Assembly (NCBI GenBank): GCA_964502095.1
Contig: CAZCUF010000011.1
Coordinates: forward strand, 10,459-74,458
From: an uncultured Anaerolineaceae bacterium
GTDB lineage: Bacteria; Chloroflexota; Anaerolineae; Anaerolineales; Villigracilaceae
Direction: 5' to 3'
DNA length: 64,000 nucleotides
Shown: one piece after another, positions 26,786-37,471 of the stretch
Layout of the letters: each line of letters starts with the position of its first letter
Position numbering within the stretch: the stretch's first letter is position 1
The notes under the pieces: model-generated
What the model was told of the DNA's origin: nothing
The model's input: the letters and a program-made list of their open reading frames with translations, nothing else
Databases searched by the model: none
Position numbers and translations under genes: made by a program

Positions 26786-27895
26786 ATGGCAAATACTTGG
26801 AAGATTGTACGGCATGAATGGCCAATGATGGCTGTGTTATTTGTAGGGCTTACAGCTCGATTGTTGGTTGCGGTATTCGGCCATAATTACGACTTCAATT
26901 CGTACCTGATTGTGTTGAATATTCTCGATCGCGGTCAGAATGTATATTCCGGCACATCCCGGTATAACTATGGGCCTGTCTGGTTCAATATTATCGGCAT
27001 TATATATGATTTGGTTTCCGAGAATCAAGGCGCCTTCAGGTTTGCATTGACCGTGTTTTTATCTTTTGTCGATGTGGGTATTTTTTCCATTGTCTGGAAA
27101 CGCTTTGGCCGGGTAGCCGCAAGCCTGTTTTTTCTCAACCCGATTTCGGTCATTATTACGAGCTACCATAACCAGTTTGACAATTTAGCCGTTTTATTGG
27201 GGATGATCTCAGTGGAGCTGTTCGCAGATGAATTCGATAAACCGTTGAATTGGCGAAAATTATCGGGGTCCCTGATCTTGGGTTTATCTTTAGCCGTGAA
27301 GCACATCCTTTTTGCTTTTCCGCTTTGGCTTGCGGTGAAACAAAAGGGGATGGCTCATAAGGCAGTCGTTCTTCTTCTGCCGGCTGCCGTCTTCGTTTTG
27401 GGATTTCTCCCGTATTGGAGCGGCGGGACGCAGGGGATCGTTCGGAATGTTTGGCTTTATGAATCCTCCCAAAATGAATATTTTTATCGTTTGTTTATTC
27501 CTCAGGTTTTACGCTCCATTATTTCGGCCAAAACGATTTGGGCGCTTCTTCTGATCGGCTTTGCCTTTTACTTTAAAAAACAAAATGGATTTAAATCCCT
27601 GCTTCTATATACGAGCGTTCTTGTTTGGGCTTCCCCCTCGATTGTCAACCAATATCTGGCGATCCCGGATGCATATTTGGCGGCCTTCTTTAATCCATTT
27701 CATTTGGCCTATGTTCTGGTCGGCGCGTGGCAGCTTGTCGTTGATTATGACGGTCTGCATGTTGCGGCATTTCAGCAATATGCAAATCGCGACATCTATT
27801 ACAGTGCCGCGATCGTTTTATTGCTTTTGGGCTTTATTCGGGAGGTGTGGGGTGAACAAATTCGGCGAATCTTCGCGAGGCGTTCTCGGAATTAA
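26786..27895 (+). CDS. Polytopic membrane protein, PIG-M/PimE-like (GT50/GT87-type) putative polyprenol-P-sugar-dependent glycosyltransferase
   Basis: The first-loop motif NYDFNSYLIVLNILDRGQNVYSGTSRYNYGPVWF resembles D.DY..F..A...L..G.sPY...YRYTPL of PIG-M-type enzymes. 369 aa, multi-TM. Confidence 0.5.
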   Translation: MANTWKIVRHEWPMMAVLFVGLTARLLVAVFGHNYDFNSYLIVLNILDRGQNVYSGTSRYNYGPVWFNIIGIIYDLVSENQGAFRFALTVFLSFVDVGIFSIVWKRFGRVAASLFFLNPISVIITSYHNQFDNLAVLLGMISVELFADEFDKPLNWRKLSGSLILGLSLAVKHILFAFPLWLAVKQKGMAHKAVVLLLPAAVFVLGFLPYWSGGTQGIVRNVWLYESSQNEYFYRLFIPQVLRSIISAKTIWALLLIGFAFYFKKQNGFKSLLLYTSVLVWASPSIVNQYLAIPDAYLAAFFNPFHLAYVLVGAWQLVVDYDGLHVAAFQQYANRDIYYSAAIVLLLLGFIREVWGEQIRRIFARRSRN

Positions 27896-27937
27896 ATAAT
27901 CGTCGAGAATCAGGCCATGGAAAAACCTGACCGTTGG

Positions 27938-29125
27938 TTACCCTGCGCGGTTGGCGATGTTAATTCCCAAAATGCTTAATACAAAACTGGTCAATATAAC
28001 CTGACCGCCGACGATCAAAGCCAGACTGCCCCCGAAGACGAGGCGCACGCTGATATCAAAGCCGATTTGGGAGAAGATGGGGGAGAGTTGGATGGCCCTG
28101 ATCATTACCAGAATGCCGGCCAGCAAAATGATAAAGCCTGCCGCCAATCCTTTCTCCAGGTTGATATATTGAAAGAGTGCAAAGAATCTCGGCTTGACGG
28201 GCAGGAGGCCGGTTTGAAATGCGAAAACTCTGGTGATCGTCGCAAATGAAATCATGCTGATGCCCAGGAACAGCAGTGTTCCTGCGGCGATGAAGGTATG
28301 GAAATCAATGAAGCGGAAGCCGATGTTAACCGGGCCGAAAAACAGGATCAGGCTGAAGACGCTTCCCAAAATCACCAGAATCAAACCGGGGTAGAAGAAC
28401 AGCCAGCGCGGACTGTAGATCAGCAGAAATCGCAAATGCCGCCAGCCGTCCCGAAAGGAGCGCAGGTGCGGAGGCCGATCCCTTCCGTCCGGCGCGAGCG
28501 TGGTGGGGACCTCGCAGACCTTCATCCCCAGAATGGAGGCTTTGATCACGATCTCGCTCGCCAACTCCATCCCCGTCGTCTGCAGATTCATCCTTTGGAT
28601 CGCCTTCCGTGTAAACCCCCTTAAGCCACAATGAAAATCTTTGGCCGGTGTTTTGAAAAATGCCTGACCGATAAAAGACAGAATCGGGTTGCCAATGTAT
28701 TTATGATGCCAGGGCATGGCGCCTTTTTTGATTCCGCCTTCGAAGCGGTTTCCCATTACCAGGTCGTAACCTTCGCGCAGTTTCTCAATGAACGGCATGA
28801 GATGGACGAGGTCGTAGCTCAGGTCGGCATCGGCCATGATGACGTACTTTCCCTTCGCCGCTTCGAATCCCGCGCGCAGTGCACTGCCATAACCCTTTTC
28901 GCTGACGTGCACCACCACTGCCTTCTTCTGCTGTGCGATCTTTACGGACCTGTCTTCGCTTCCGTTATCGGCGACAATGACCTCGCCCTTGATTTTGTGT
29001 GCGCGCAGAAATGTTCTCGCCTGAGCAATACAGGCCCCAACGGTCCGCTCTTCGTTCAGGCAGGGCAGAACGATGCTCAACTCCAATTTTTCCGAAGCTC
29101 TTCGTCCCTTCAGCGCCATGATCAA
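27938..29125 (-). CDS. Polyprenol-phosphate glycosyltransferase (GT2, GtrB/DPM1/ArnC-like) with C-terminal TM helices
   Basis: LSIVLPCLNEERTV...VIVADNGSEDRS...IMADADLSYD motifs, plus 4 C-terminal TM segments. Confidence 0.8.
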   Translation of the reverse strand: MIMALKGRRASEKLELSIVLPCLNEERTVGACIAQARTFLRAHKIKGEVIVADNGSEDRSVKIAQQKKAVVVHVSEKGYGSALRAGFEAAKGKYVIMADADLSYDLVHLMPFIEKLREGYDLVMGNRFEGGIKKGAMPWHHKYIGNPILSFIGQAFFKTPAKDFHCGLRGFTRKAIQRMNLQTTGMELASEIVIKASILGMKVCEVPTTLAPDGRDRPPHLRSFRDGWRHLRFLLIYSPRWLFFYPGLILVILGSVFSLILFFGPVNIGFRFIDFHTFIAAGTLLFLGISMISFATITRVFAFQTGLLPVKPRFFALFQYINLEKGLAAGFIILLAGILVMIRAIQLSPIFSQIGFDISVRLVFGGSLALIVGGQVILTSFVLSILGINIANRAG

Positions 29126-29128
29126 GAG

Positions 29129-31696
29129 TTATCCTTTCAAATATTTCTTCTGCCACTCGAACAACTTATTTAACGCCTCGATGGGGGATAACTCATTCAC
29201 GTCAATTTCATTCAACTCATCCAATAGCGGACTCGTCTCCGGGAACAACATCGCTTGTTGTGCCGCTTGCGGATTGATTTTTACCGCGCGCCCCGAAGTC
29301 TTTTCGAGCTCGGCCATGATCTCATCGGCGCGCGTGATCACCGGCTTGGGCAATCCGGCCAGCTGTGCCACGTGGATGCCGTAGGAACGATCCGCGCCGC
29401 CGGGCACGATCTTGTGCAGGAACACTACTTTACCGTCTGCCTCGCTGACCGCCACGTTGTAATTGCGCACGCCCGGCAACAACTCGGCAAGCTGTGTTAG
29501 TTCGTGATAATGCGTTGCGAATAACGTTTTGGCGCGCACCTGCGGGTGATTATGAATATATTCGACGACTGCCCATGCAATCGAAACACCGTCGTATGTT
29601 GACGTTCCGCGCCCGATCTCGTCGAGGATCAACAGACTGCGCGGCGTGGCATGATGCAAAATGTTCGCGGTCTCGATCATCTCCACCATGAATGTGGATT
29701 GCCCCGCGTGAATCTCGTCCTGCGCGCCGATGCGCGTGAAGATGCGGTCCACGAGTCCGATTTTTGCCGACTCGGCAGGCACGAACGATCCCATCTGCGC
29801 CATCAGCACGATCAATGCCGCCTGCCGCAGATAAGTGGACTTGCCCGCCATATTCGGCCCGGTAATGACGCGTACGATCTCGCCCTGTTCGAAGGTGATA
29901 TCGTTCGGAACGTAGCGTTCGCCATGAGAGCTTTGCTCGACGACCGGATGCCGCCCCGCGCGGATATCCAATCCGTCTCCTGCATGGACCTCGGGCCTGG
30001 TATAGCCTCCGAGCGCGGCGGATTCGGCTAAGGCGGCCAGCACGTCCAGCTCGGCCAGTGCGCGCGCAATATCCAATAATTTTGACGCAGACTTGGCCAG
30101 TTCCGCACACACCTCGCGGAAGAGCCGCACTTCGATTTCCCGGATGCGCTCCTCTGCGTTCAACACCAGCGTTTCATATTCCTTCATTTCGGGCGTGATA
30201 AAACGCTCGGCATTGACCAGCGTTTGTTTGCGAATGTAATTTTCGGGGGCTTTATCGGCCGCGCCGCGCGAGATTTCAATGTAATAGCCGAAGACTTTGT
30301 TGTAACCGACTTTGAGCGTCTTGATGCCCGTCCGCTCGCGTTCCACCGATTCGAGGTTAGCGATCCACTCACGCGCGTGTTTGGAAGCTTCGATCACGCC
30401 GTCCAATTCAGTCGAATACCCAGTGCGGATAATGCCTGTGTTTTGCAGAGTCGCAGGCGGGTCGTCTGCAATGGATGATTGCAGGAGCGCCAACTCGTTT
30501 TCGGCTTGCTGAATTTTAGGCAGGCGGACTTTTGAGTTACCAACTGCTTCGATGACTTTGGGCAATTGTTCGAGTGTGCTTCTCATCGCGATTAGGTCGC
30601 GCGGTTGGACGTGACCAGCCAGCACCCGGTTGACGAGTCGTTCCAAGTCCGCCAGCGGCTTCAACCCCGCGCGTAGTTCGGCGCGCCGCATGCCGTCTGC
30701 GAAGAAATAAGCCACACCTTCCTGACGCACATGAATTTTTTGGAGTTCCAAAAGCGGCTGGCTCACCCATTGGCGCATCAGCCGTTTGCCCATCGGCGTG
30801 ACTGTATGATCGAGTACGCTCAACAGCGAGCCTTTGGATTCGCCGCGTAAGCCCTGCCCTGAGTTTTGCCGAAGGGTTTCGGTTAATTCGAGATTGCGGC
30901 GCGTGGCGGCATCGAGCGTCATAAATTCGGCGAGGCTGTAAGCGCGCAAGCCTGTAAGTAAGTGCAGGGCGTCGGGCTGTGTTTTTTGCAGATATTGCAC
31001 GAGGGCGCCCGCCGCGCGGGTGGATAAAGTTTGATTCTTGATTCCAAAGCCGTCCAGGGCCGCGGCATGAAAATGGGCAAGCAGGGTTTCTTCGCATTTA
31101 CCCGGTTCAAAGCGCCAGGCCGGCCAGGGCGTGAGGTGACCGGAGATACCGTCGTTTAATTTCTGCGAATCGGGATGAAGGATTTCAGCCGGGTGGAGCC
31201 GGGTCAACTCGGCGCGCAACGCTTCGGGGTTGAGTTGGGTAACGGCAAATTCCCCGGTGGTGATATCGGCATAGGCAACGGCGGCCAGGTTTTCGTCCAG
31301 AATGACCGAAGCCAGATAATTGTTTGCATCGCCGGGTAGCAGTCCCGGTTCGACCACTGTCCCGGGTGTTACGATCCGCACTACTTTGCGCGCGAACAGC
31401 CCTTTGACCGGTTCGCCGCCGACCTGCTCGCAGATGGCAACGTGATAGCCTTTTTCGATCAGGCGCGCCAGATAATTTTCCGCGGCGTGATAGGGAATGC
31501 CCGCCATGGGGATGCGCGTCCCTTTGGCGACACTACGGGAGGTGAGCACGATCTCGAGTTCGCGCGAGGCGGTCTGGGCGTCTTCATCGAAGGTCTCGTA
31601 GAAATCGCCGAGGCGGAAAAACACGATCTCGTTTGGATGCTCGCGCTTGATCTCCAGATATTGCTGGCGAATCGGCGTTACGTCTTCGTTGGGCAT
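29129..31696 (-). CDS. mutS: DNA mismatch repair protein MutS
   Basis: TPIRQQYLEIKREHP..IVFFRLGDFYETF, GPNMAGKSTYLRQ and LILDEIGRGTSTYDG motifs. 855 aa. Confidence 0.92.
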   Translation of the reverse strand: MPNEDVTPIRQQYLEIKREHPNEIVFFRLGDFYETFDEDAQTASRELEIVLTSRSVAKGTRIPMAGIPYHAAENYLARLIEKGYHVAICEQVGGEPVKGLFARKVVRIVTPGTVVEPGLLPGDANNYLASVILDENLAAVAYADITTGEFAVTQLNPEALRAELTRLHPAEILHPDSQKLNDGISGHLTPWPAWRFEPGKCEETLLAHFHAAALDGFGIKNQTLSTRAAGALVQYLQKTQPDALHLLTGLRAYSLAEFMTLDAATRRNLELTETLRQNSGQGLRGESKGSLLSVLDHTVTPMGKRLMRQWVSQPLLELQKIHVRQEGVAYFFADGMRRAELRAGLKPLADLERLVNRVLAGHVQPRDLIAMRSTLEQLPKVIEAVGNSKVRLPKIQQAENELALLQSSIADDPPATLQNTGIIRTGYSTELDGVIEASKHAREWIANLESVERERTGIKTLKVGYNKVFGYYIEISRGAADKAPENYIRKQTLVNAERFITPEMKEYETLVLNAEERIREIEVRLFREVCAELAKSASKLLDIARALAELDVLAALAESAALGGYTRPEVHAGDGLDIRAGRHPVVEQSSHGERYVPNDITFEQGEIVRVITGPNMAGKSTYLRQAALIVLMAQMGSFVPAESAKIGLVDRIFTRIGAQDEIHAGQSTFMVEMIETANILHHATPRSLLILDEIGRGTSTYDGVSIAWAVVEYIHNHPQVRAKTLFATHYHELTQLAELLPGVRNYNVAVSEADGKVVFLHKIVPGGADRSYGIHVAQLAGLPKPVITRADEIMAELEKTSGRAVKINPQAAQQAMLFPETSPLLDELNEIDVNELSPIEALNKLFEWQKKYLKG

Positions 31697-31790
31697 GTTG
31701 TGATTTTACTATGGGAGTCAGACTTGGACTACGGTACAGCCCCTTTCGGCGGTTGTAAGCCGATCGGGTTAAAATGGAATTATTCAGGCT

Positions 31791-32972
31791 ATGAATAGAT
31801 TATTTGCTTCGCGGCTGGGCTTCATTGCCTTCTCCGTTTTTATAGTTCTGAGCGCGGCTCTGGCTGTGCTGGCTTATTCTTATGGAGGGGTGGATTTTGG
31901 AGTGTATTACGCGGCAGGACGCGTCCTTTTGCATGGCGGCAATCCCTATGATTACGCTCAATTGTCGAAGGAAATCGTTTCGGTAACAGGGAAACTGAAC
32001 AACCCGTATTATTATGCCCCGTGGTTTACCTGGTTTGCGCTTCCCTTTTCATTATTGTCTTTTCATACAGCCAGGTTGTGTTGGGCTGTGACGAATTATG
32101 CATTGTGGATCTGGTCTCTTTTCAACATCGATCATTTTATGAAGTGGAATCTGGCGGCCTGGAAGCGTTGGGGAATGTATCTTTTGGCAACGATCATCTT
32201 TGCCTGGGCTACCTGGGGCTCGGAACAGGCGGGAATTTTGATTTTGTTCCTGCTTACGCTCCTGCTGTTTTCATTTGAAAAAGGACAATGGGCCTGGATG
32301 GGGGTTTGGATGTCACTGCTTCTGTTCAAGCCAAACATCACCGCTTTTCCAATTCTTATGCTGGTTGCGTGGCTGGTTTTTCGCAAACAATGGCGTCCTG
32401 TGATTTACATGATCGTTACGCTCTGCGTACTATCGATTCTTTCCCTGATGATTACGCCGGGCTGGTACCTGGCTCTGCTCCAGCCGGATAAACTGACAGG
32501 GCTTTCTTATACATTGAACGCGGCGGGCGGGGAACAAGTCCTCAGATATTCATCCACATTGCATGCCTGGCTTGCCGCCTACGGCGTGACAGGGTTCTGG
32601 GCTATTTTCATACAAGCGCTGGCAATTTTCCTGGTTTTGGGCGTTTCCCTTTGGCTCGTCCGCAGGGCGGATTCAATCGTCGAGTTCGCGGCTTATATTT
32701 TTCTCGCAAATTTCATCGTAACACCCTACGCGTTATTCTATGATTATGTTGCTTTGACCCTGACCTTGTTCTTTGTGAACGCCGAATTGGCCCAGCAACG
32801 TTCGTTGAATTGGCTCCGGTATTCGATGAACCTGTTGCTGGCCGTCAGTTTATTGATCGGCGAAAACATCTCGTACCGATATTGGATGATCGTTATTTTG
32901 TCTGGCGCTGTGGTTGTGGCGGCTGGCCGCAAGGTTTTGGAAAGTAGGCCCGCTCTCGAATCGCCGCTTTGA
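31791..32972 (+). CDS. DUF2029/GT87-like polytopic membrane glycosyltransferase
   Basis: GVDFGVYYAAGRVLLHGGNPYDY first-loop motif. About 10 TM. 393 aa. Paralogous in motif logic to 26786-27895. Confidence 0.55.
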   Translation: MNRLFASRLGFIAFSVFIVLSAALAVLAYSYGGVDFGVYYAAGRVLLHGGNPYDYAQLSKEIVSVTGKLNNPYYYAPWFTWFALPFSLLSFHTARLCWAVTNYALWIWSLFNIDHFMKWNLAAWKRWGMYLLATIIFAWATWGSEQAGILILFLLTLLLFSFEKGQWAWMGVWMSLLLFKPNITAFPILMLVAWLVFRKQWRPVIYMIVTLCVLSILSLMITPGWYLALLQPDKLTGLSYTLNAAGGEQVLRYSSTLHAWLAAYGVTGFWAIFIQALAIFLVLGVSLWLVRRADSIVEFAAYIFLANFIVTPYALFYDYVALTLTLFFVNAELAQQRSLNWLRYSMNLLLAVSLLIGENISYRYWMIVILSGAVVVAAGRKVLESRPALESPL

Positions 32973-33062
32973 TTTTTCCACAAGTCGAAGTTGTACTATA
33001 ATTTTCCCGCAACATAAAAATTTATTGCTGTGAACGATTGGGCACAATAGCTAGGAGTCGCA

Positions 33063-33809
33063 ATGTATAAACTTGTACTGGTCCGTCACGGGCAAAGCAC
33101 GTGGAACCTGGAGAACCGTTTCACCGGATGGACCGATGTGGACCTGACCGATCAGGGCCGGGCCGAAGCACATTCGGCAGGAAAGCTTTTACGCGGGGAA
33201 GGTTATGCGTTTGATATGGCTTTTACATCGGTTTTGAAGCGGGCTATTAAAACGCTGTGGATCGTGCTGGAGGAAATGAATCTGGAGTGGATTCCGGTGA
33301 CGCGCGCCTGGCAATTGAACGAGCGTCATTATGGCGCGTTGCAGGGCCTGAATAAAGCCGAAACGGCCGGGAAGTTCGGCGAGGCACAGGTCAAGCTGTG
33401 GCGTCGTTCGTACGATGTGCCTCCGCCCGCGCTGGATTTGACCGATGAGCGCCATCCGCGCTTTGACCGCCGCTATGCGGATCTGACTCCCGAACAACTG
33501 CCCGCTACCGAGTCGCTTAAGATTACGCTTGAACGGGTTCTGCCTTACTGGCATTCAACCCTGACGCCCTCCATTAAATCGGGAAAGCACATCCTGCTTG
33601 TGGCGCATGGTAATTCCATCCGCGCTTTGGTGAAGCACCTCGATAACATCTCCGATGCCGACATTTCGGAGTTGAATATTCCGACCGGCGTCCCGCTGGT
33701 CTATGAATTGGACGATAACCTCAAGCGGATCAAGAGCTATTATCTGGGCGATCCTGAAGAAATCGCCAAGGCGGCCGCCGCAGTGGCTGCGCAGGCAAGC
33801 AAGAAGTAG
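33063..33809 (+). CDS. gpmA: 2,3-bisphosphoglycerate-dependent phosphoglycerate mutase
   Basis: [37 protein letters not shown] and AHGNSIRAL motifs. Confidence 0.9.
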   Translation: MYKLVLVRHGQSTWNLENRFTGWTDVDLTDQGRAEAHSAGKLLRGEGYAFDMAFTSVLKRAIKTLWIVLEEMNLEWIPVTRAWQLNERHYGALQGLNKAETAGKFGEAQVKLWRRSYDVPPPALDLTDERHPRFDRRYADLTPEQLPATESLKITLERVLPYWHSTLTPSIKSGKHILLVAHGNSIRALVKHLDNISDADISELNIPTGVPLVYELDDNLKRIKSYYLGDPEEIAKAAAAVAAQASKK

Positions 33810-33882
33810 GGCTTCCATTGACTGGATGTATCGGACCCTAAAGGATATCGGCCTTTAGGGTCTGTGCGTTAAAAATTAAAAC

Positions 33883-36798
33883 ATGACTCTGCCTCAGGAA
33901 TTGATTGCCGAATTAAAAAAGAATCTTTCAGGCTCCATCCGCGATGACCGGGCCGCGAGGATTCTTTACAGCACGGACGCATCGATTTATCAGATCGAGC
34001 CGCTGGGCGTGGTCATCCCCCGCGACCAGGACGATTTGCAGATGACGGTTGAATTGGCCGCCCGATACAACGTGCCGATTCTGCCGCGCGGGTCGGGCAC
34101 ATCGCTGGCGGGGCAGGCGGTCGGCGCGGCACTGATCGTGGATTGCTCGCGCTGGCTCGACCGCATTATAGAAGTTAATCCAGAAGAGAAAACGGCAATT
34201 GTCGAACCGGGGGTGATTTTATCTGCTTTGAACAAAGCCCTTGCGAAATATGATTTGCAATTTGGCCCCGATCCTGCGTCAGCGGAACGCGCTACGCTGG
34301 GCGGCGTGATCGCCAATAATGCTACCGGCGCCCACTCAATTTTATATGGCATGACTGCCGATCATTTGCTTTCCGCGGATGTGATCATGGCGGACGGAAG
34401 CGCCGCAACCTGGGGAGTTGTTGATCATAGTCAAATCCGTGGCGGCCAGTCTTTGTTTTCGGCTGTGTTGGCGTCTGTCTCTGAAATTCGCGCGAAATAC
34501 GCGGACGCGGTCAGGCAACATTATCCTCAATCGTGGCGCAATTCGGCGGGTTATCGAATCAATTATCTCCTGCCTTATTCGCCTTCCAAGCCGCCGCGCT
34601 GGGAGGGCGAATATCCCAAACGCGAATCTTCAACGTTGAATCTCGCGCCTTTGCTGGCAGGCAGTGAAGGGACGCTGGCGGTCATCCGCCGCGCCAAAGT
34701 GAATTTGGTGCCAAAGCCGAAGCATACCGTTCTCGCGGTGCTTACTTATCGAAGCATTGACGAAGCCTGCGATGATGTGCCGCGCTTGCTGGAGCATGAG
34801 CCCTCTGCGATTGAACTGATTCCGTATTCCATTGTTCGGTTGGCGCAATCCGTCCCTGCATACGCGGCGCAAGCCGCGATCTTGCCGGGCGATGCACCGG
34901 CGTTGTTGATCGTCGAATTTAGCGGCGGCCAGTTTTCGGCGTTGAGCGATGCGGCGCGGGCGCTGAATCCCGCGCGCGTGGCGGAATCGGTTGAAGATCA
35001 AACGCGCATCTGGAACGTTCGTAAAGTGGGGCTGGGTATTCTGGCTTCGCGTACAAGCGACGCGAAGACCACCGCGTTCATCGAAGACTGTGCCATTCCT
35101 GTGACGCGGCTCGGCGAATTTGTGCGCGGTGTGGAGCTAATCATGCGCGCGCATCAGACGGAGGCGGAGTTTTACGCGCACGCTTCGGCGGGCTGTTTGC
35201 ATATCCGCCCGATTTTGGATTTGAAGAAGAATGCGCCTGCTTTGCGCTCGATCGCCGAGTCTGTTTTGAAATTGACTCTCTCATTGGGCGGATCGATGAG
35301 CAGTGAACACGGCGACGGACTGGCGCGTTCGGAATGGCTGAGACAAATTTACGGCGATGAAGTACTCGCGGCATTCCGGACCTTGAAGCGGGCCGCAGAC
35401 CCTAAAGGGATTCTCAACCCCGGCAAGATACTCGACGCGCCGCCCATGGATGTTAATCTGCGGTTTAATCCCAATTATCGAACTACGACATGGAAATCTG
35501 TCCTGCACTTTCCGCATCAGAGCGGTTTGGCCGGGGCAATCGAACAGTGCAACGGACAGGGCGTGTGCAGAAAATCCGATGGCGCGATGTGCCCGTCGTT
35601 TCAGGCTACGCGCGAGGAAATGCACTCGACGCGCGGACGCGCGAATCTGTTGCGCGCGTTGATCTCAACGCCCATACCCGCGCGCTTCAGCTTGAAGTTG
35701 GATGAGTCCGCCGCTGAGGCGCTCGACCTATGCCTCGCTTGTAAAGCCTGCAAAGCGGAATGTCCCTCCGGCGTGGATATGGCCAAGCTGAAATATTCAT
35801 TCGAGTCGGAATACTATAAAACGCATCGGCGGCCCCTGCGCGATTATTTATTCGGTTACTTCCATGTGGTTTCCGCCTGGCTCGCGCCGATTGCTCCGCT
35901 TGCGAACTATGTGATGCAAGCAAAATGGACGCGCGAGGCCATTTCCGAAATTGCCGGGATTACCAAAGCGCGCCCGTTCCCGAAATACGCGCACAGGCTG
36001 GCGAAAGTAAGTCTGCCTTCGAACGACGCTTCGCGTAAGGTTTTATTTTTAGCGGATGCGTTTACCCATTATGTGGAGCCGCGCGTTGAACAGGCCGCCT
36101 TCGATGTGTTGGCGCGCGCCGGTTACGAAGTTCAAGTTCTGCCGATTCTTGGGGCAGGGGCGTCCCTGCTTTCAAAAGGATTTGCGGAGGCCGCGCGCCG
36201 TCACGCTGAGCGCGTTTTGAAATCGATTCATCGGCTCGATCCTGATTCGTCTGCTGTTGTGATCGGATTGGAACCGCCGGAGATCTATTGTTTCAAACAC
36301 GATTATTCCGATTTCTTCCCGGAGCGGCGCGCCGAACTGGAAAAATTGTCGCGCCGCGCGTGGCTGATGGATGAGTTCCTAATGCGCTCGAGAGAATTTG
36401 ACAAACTTCGCGTAGCCACTTTAGGACAAGATTTTAGGCCCATAAATAAGAAACGAAAAATACTCTTCCAGCCCCACTGTCATCAGCGCGCTGAAGCGCC
36501 GGCAGACGACGGCTTGCCGAACGGTGCCGATGCGACGGTTTCGCTGTTACAAAGCTTTGGCTGGGAGGTTGAGTTGGTCAGTGGGGGGTGTTGCGGCATG
36601 GCCGGGACGTTCGGCTATGAGGCGGAGCATTATGAGTTATCGCAAAAAATTGGCAGGCTGAATCTTTTTCCTGCGGCGTGGAATCAGCCGGATGCGCTGA
36701 TCGTCTCCACGGGTTCCGCGTGCAGGATGCAGGTCGAGCAGGGAACCGCAATTCCAGCGATTCATCCCATTGTTTTGGTGGCGGAATCTTTGTTGTAA
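33883..36798 (+). CDS. FAD-linked oxidase fused to an Fe-S/CCG-domain module (YdiJ-like, GlcD+GlcF-type fusion)
   Basis: FAD_binding_4-like N-terminus (ILPRGSGTSLAGQA). SSEHGDGLARS motif. CxxCxxCxxxCP motif (CLACKACKAECP). C-terminal Cys-rich CCG-type region (GGCCGMAGTFGYE). 971 aa. Confidence 0.8.
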   Translation: MTLPQELIAELKKNLSGSIRDDRAARILYSTDASIYQIEPLGVVIPRDQDDLQMTVELAARYNVPILPRGSGTSLAGQAVGAALIVDCSRWLDRIIEVNPEEKTAIVEPGVILSALNKALAKYDLQFGPDPASAERATLGGVIANNATGAHSILYGMTADHLLSADVIMADGSAATWGVVDHSQIRGGQSLFSAVLASVSEIRAKYADAVRQHYPQSWRNSAGYRINYLLPYSPSKPPRWEGEYPKRESSTLNLAPLLAGSEGTLAVIRRAKVNLVPKPKHTVLAVLTYRSIDEACDDVPRLLEHEPSAIELIPYSIVRLAQSVPAYAAQAAILPGDAPALLIVEFSGGQFSALSDAARALNPARVAESVEDQTRIWNVRKVGLGILASRTSDAKTTAFIEDCAIPVTRLGEFVRGVELIMRAHQTEAEFYAHASAGCLHIRPILDLKKNAPALRSIAESVLKLTLSLGGSMSSEHGDGLARSEWLRQIYGDEVLAAFRTLKRAADPKGILNPGKILDAPPMDVNLRFNPNYRTTTWKSVLHFPHQSGLAGAIEQCNGQGVCRKSDGAMCPSFQATREEMHSTRGRANLLRALISTPIPARFSLKLDESAAEALDLCLACKACKAECPSGVDMAKLKYSFESEYYKTHRRPLRDYLFGYFHVVSAWLAPIAPLANYVMQAKWTREAISEIAGITKARPFPKYAHRLAKVSLPSNDASRKVLFLADAFTHYVEPRVEQAAFDVLARAGYEVQVLPILGAGASLLSKGFAEAARRHAERVLKSIHRLDPDSSAVVIGLEPPEIYCFKHDYSDFFPERRAELEKLSRRAWLMDEFLMRSREFDKLRVATLGQDFRPINKKRKILFQPHCHQRAEAPADDGLPNGADATVSLLQSFGWEVELVSGGCCGMAGTFGYEAEHYELSQKIGRLNLFPAAWNQPDALIVSTGSACRMQVEQGTAIPAIHPIVLVAESLL

Positions 36799-36823
36799 TC
36801 CGTTCCTGTTGTTGTCAATACGT

Positions 36824-37471
36824 TCATAGTTTCCCTTGTTGGCTGGTAAGCGCGTAAGCCGCCGCGCCGAAAGCTACGCTCACGTTGAATGACCGTTTAC
36901 CGCCGCGCATGGGGAGATAAACAATCTGTTCCGCAAGATTCAATAATCCGGGGTCAACGCCCGTGACTTCATTGCCAACGACCAGGACTGTCTTTCGATG
37001 CAAATTTGCTTTGGCGAGCGATGTTGCCGAGTTGGTTAGTTCCAATGTCCAGATCGCCCAGCCTTCAATCTTCAACTGATCTGCAAGTTTCACCGCGTCT
37101 TTATGGGCCGACCACGTTACGTACTTTTCCGCGCCGAGCGCGGTCTTTTTCACTTCGTCTTTTTCCGGCGTGGGCGTTATGCCGCACAGGTACGCGTGAG
37201 TAAATCCGAATCCATCGGCAGAACGGAGAATCGAGCCGACGTTCCAGGCCGAGCGCAGGTTGTCCGCCAGCACTGCCAGCTCATATTTCCGCTCGAGCCC
37301 TTGATCTTCTCCTGGCAGGTCTTCGCGCGCGAGCGGCTGGTTGGACACAGCGCGCGTCTCGCTCAAGCAGTGCGGACAGCGCTCGCCAAAAGGATGGTCT
37401 TTTACCAAAGGGTAACGCAAGCCGCAGGCTGGATTCTGGCAGACGCGAATTTCAAATGAATCAATCGTCAT
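36824..37471 (-). CDS. SpoU/TrmH-family RNA 2'-O-methyltransferase with N-terminal zinc ribbon
   Basis: CQNPACG...CPHC at the N-terminus. SpoU motifs NVGSILRSADGFG, LVVGNEVTGV and PMRGGKRSFNVSVA. Confidence 0.75.
   Translation of the reverse strand: MTIDSFEIRVCQNPACGLRYPLVKDHPFGERCPHCLSETRAVSNQPLAREDLPGEDQGLERKYELAVLADNLRSAWNVGSILRSADGFGFTHAYLCGITPTPEKDEVKKTALGAEKYVTWSAHKDAVKLADQLKIEGWAIWTLELTNSATSLAKANLHRKTVLVVGNEVTGVDPGLLNLAEQIVYLPMRGGKRSFNVSVAFGAAAYALTSQQGKL

Noticed and set aside
29125-29131. The 3-nt gap between the mutS stop and the GtrB-like start as evidence of a functional link between mismatch repair and glycosylation
   Set aside because: Tight packing alone is common in compact genomes. 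There is no mechanistic rationale. I noted it only as probable co-transcription.
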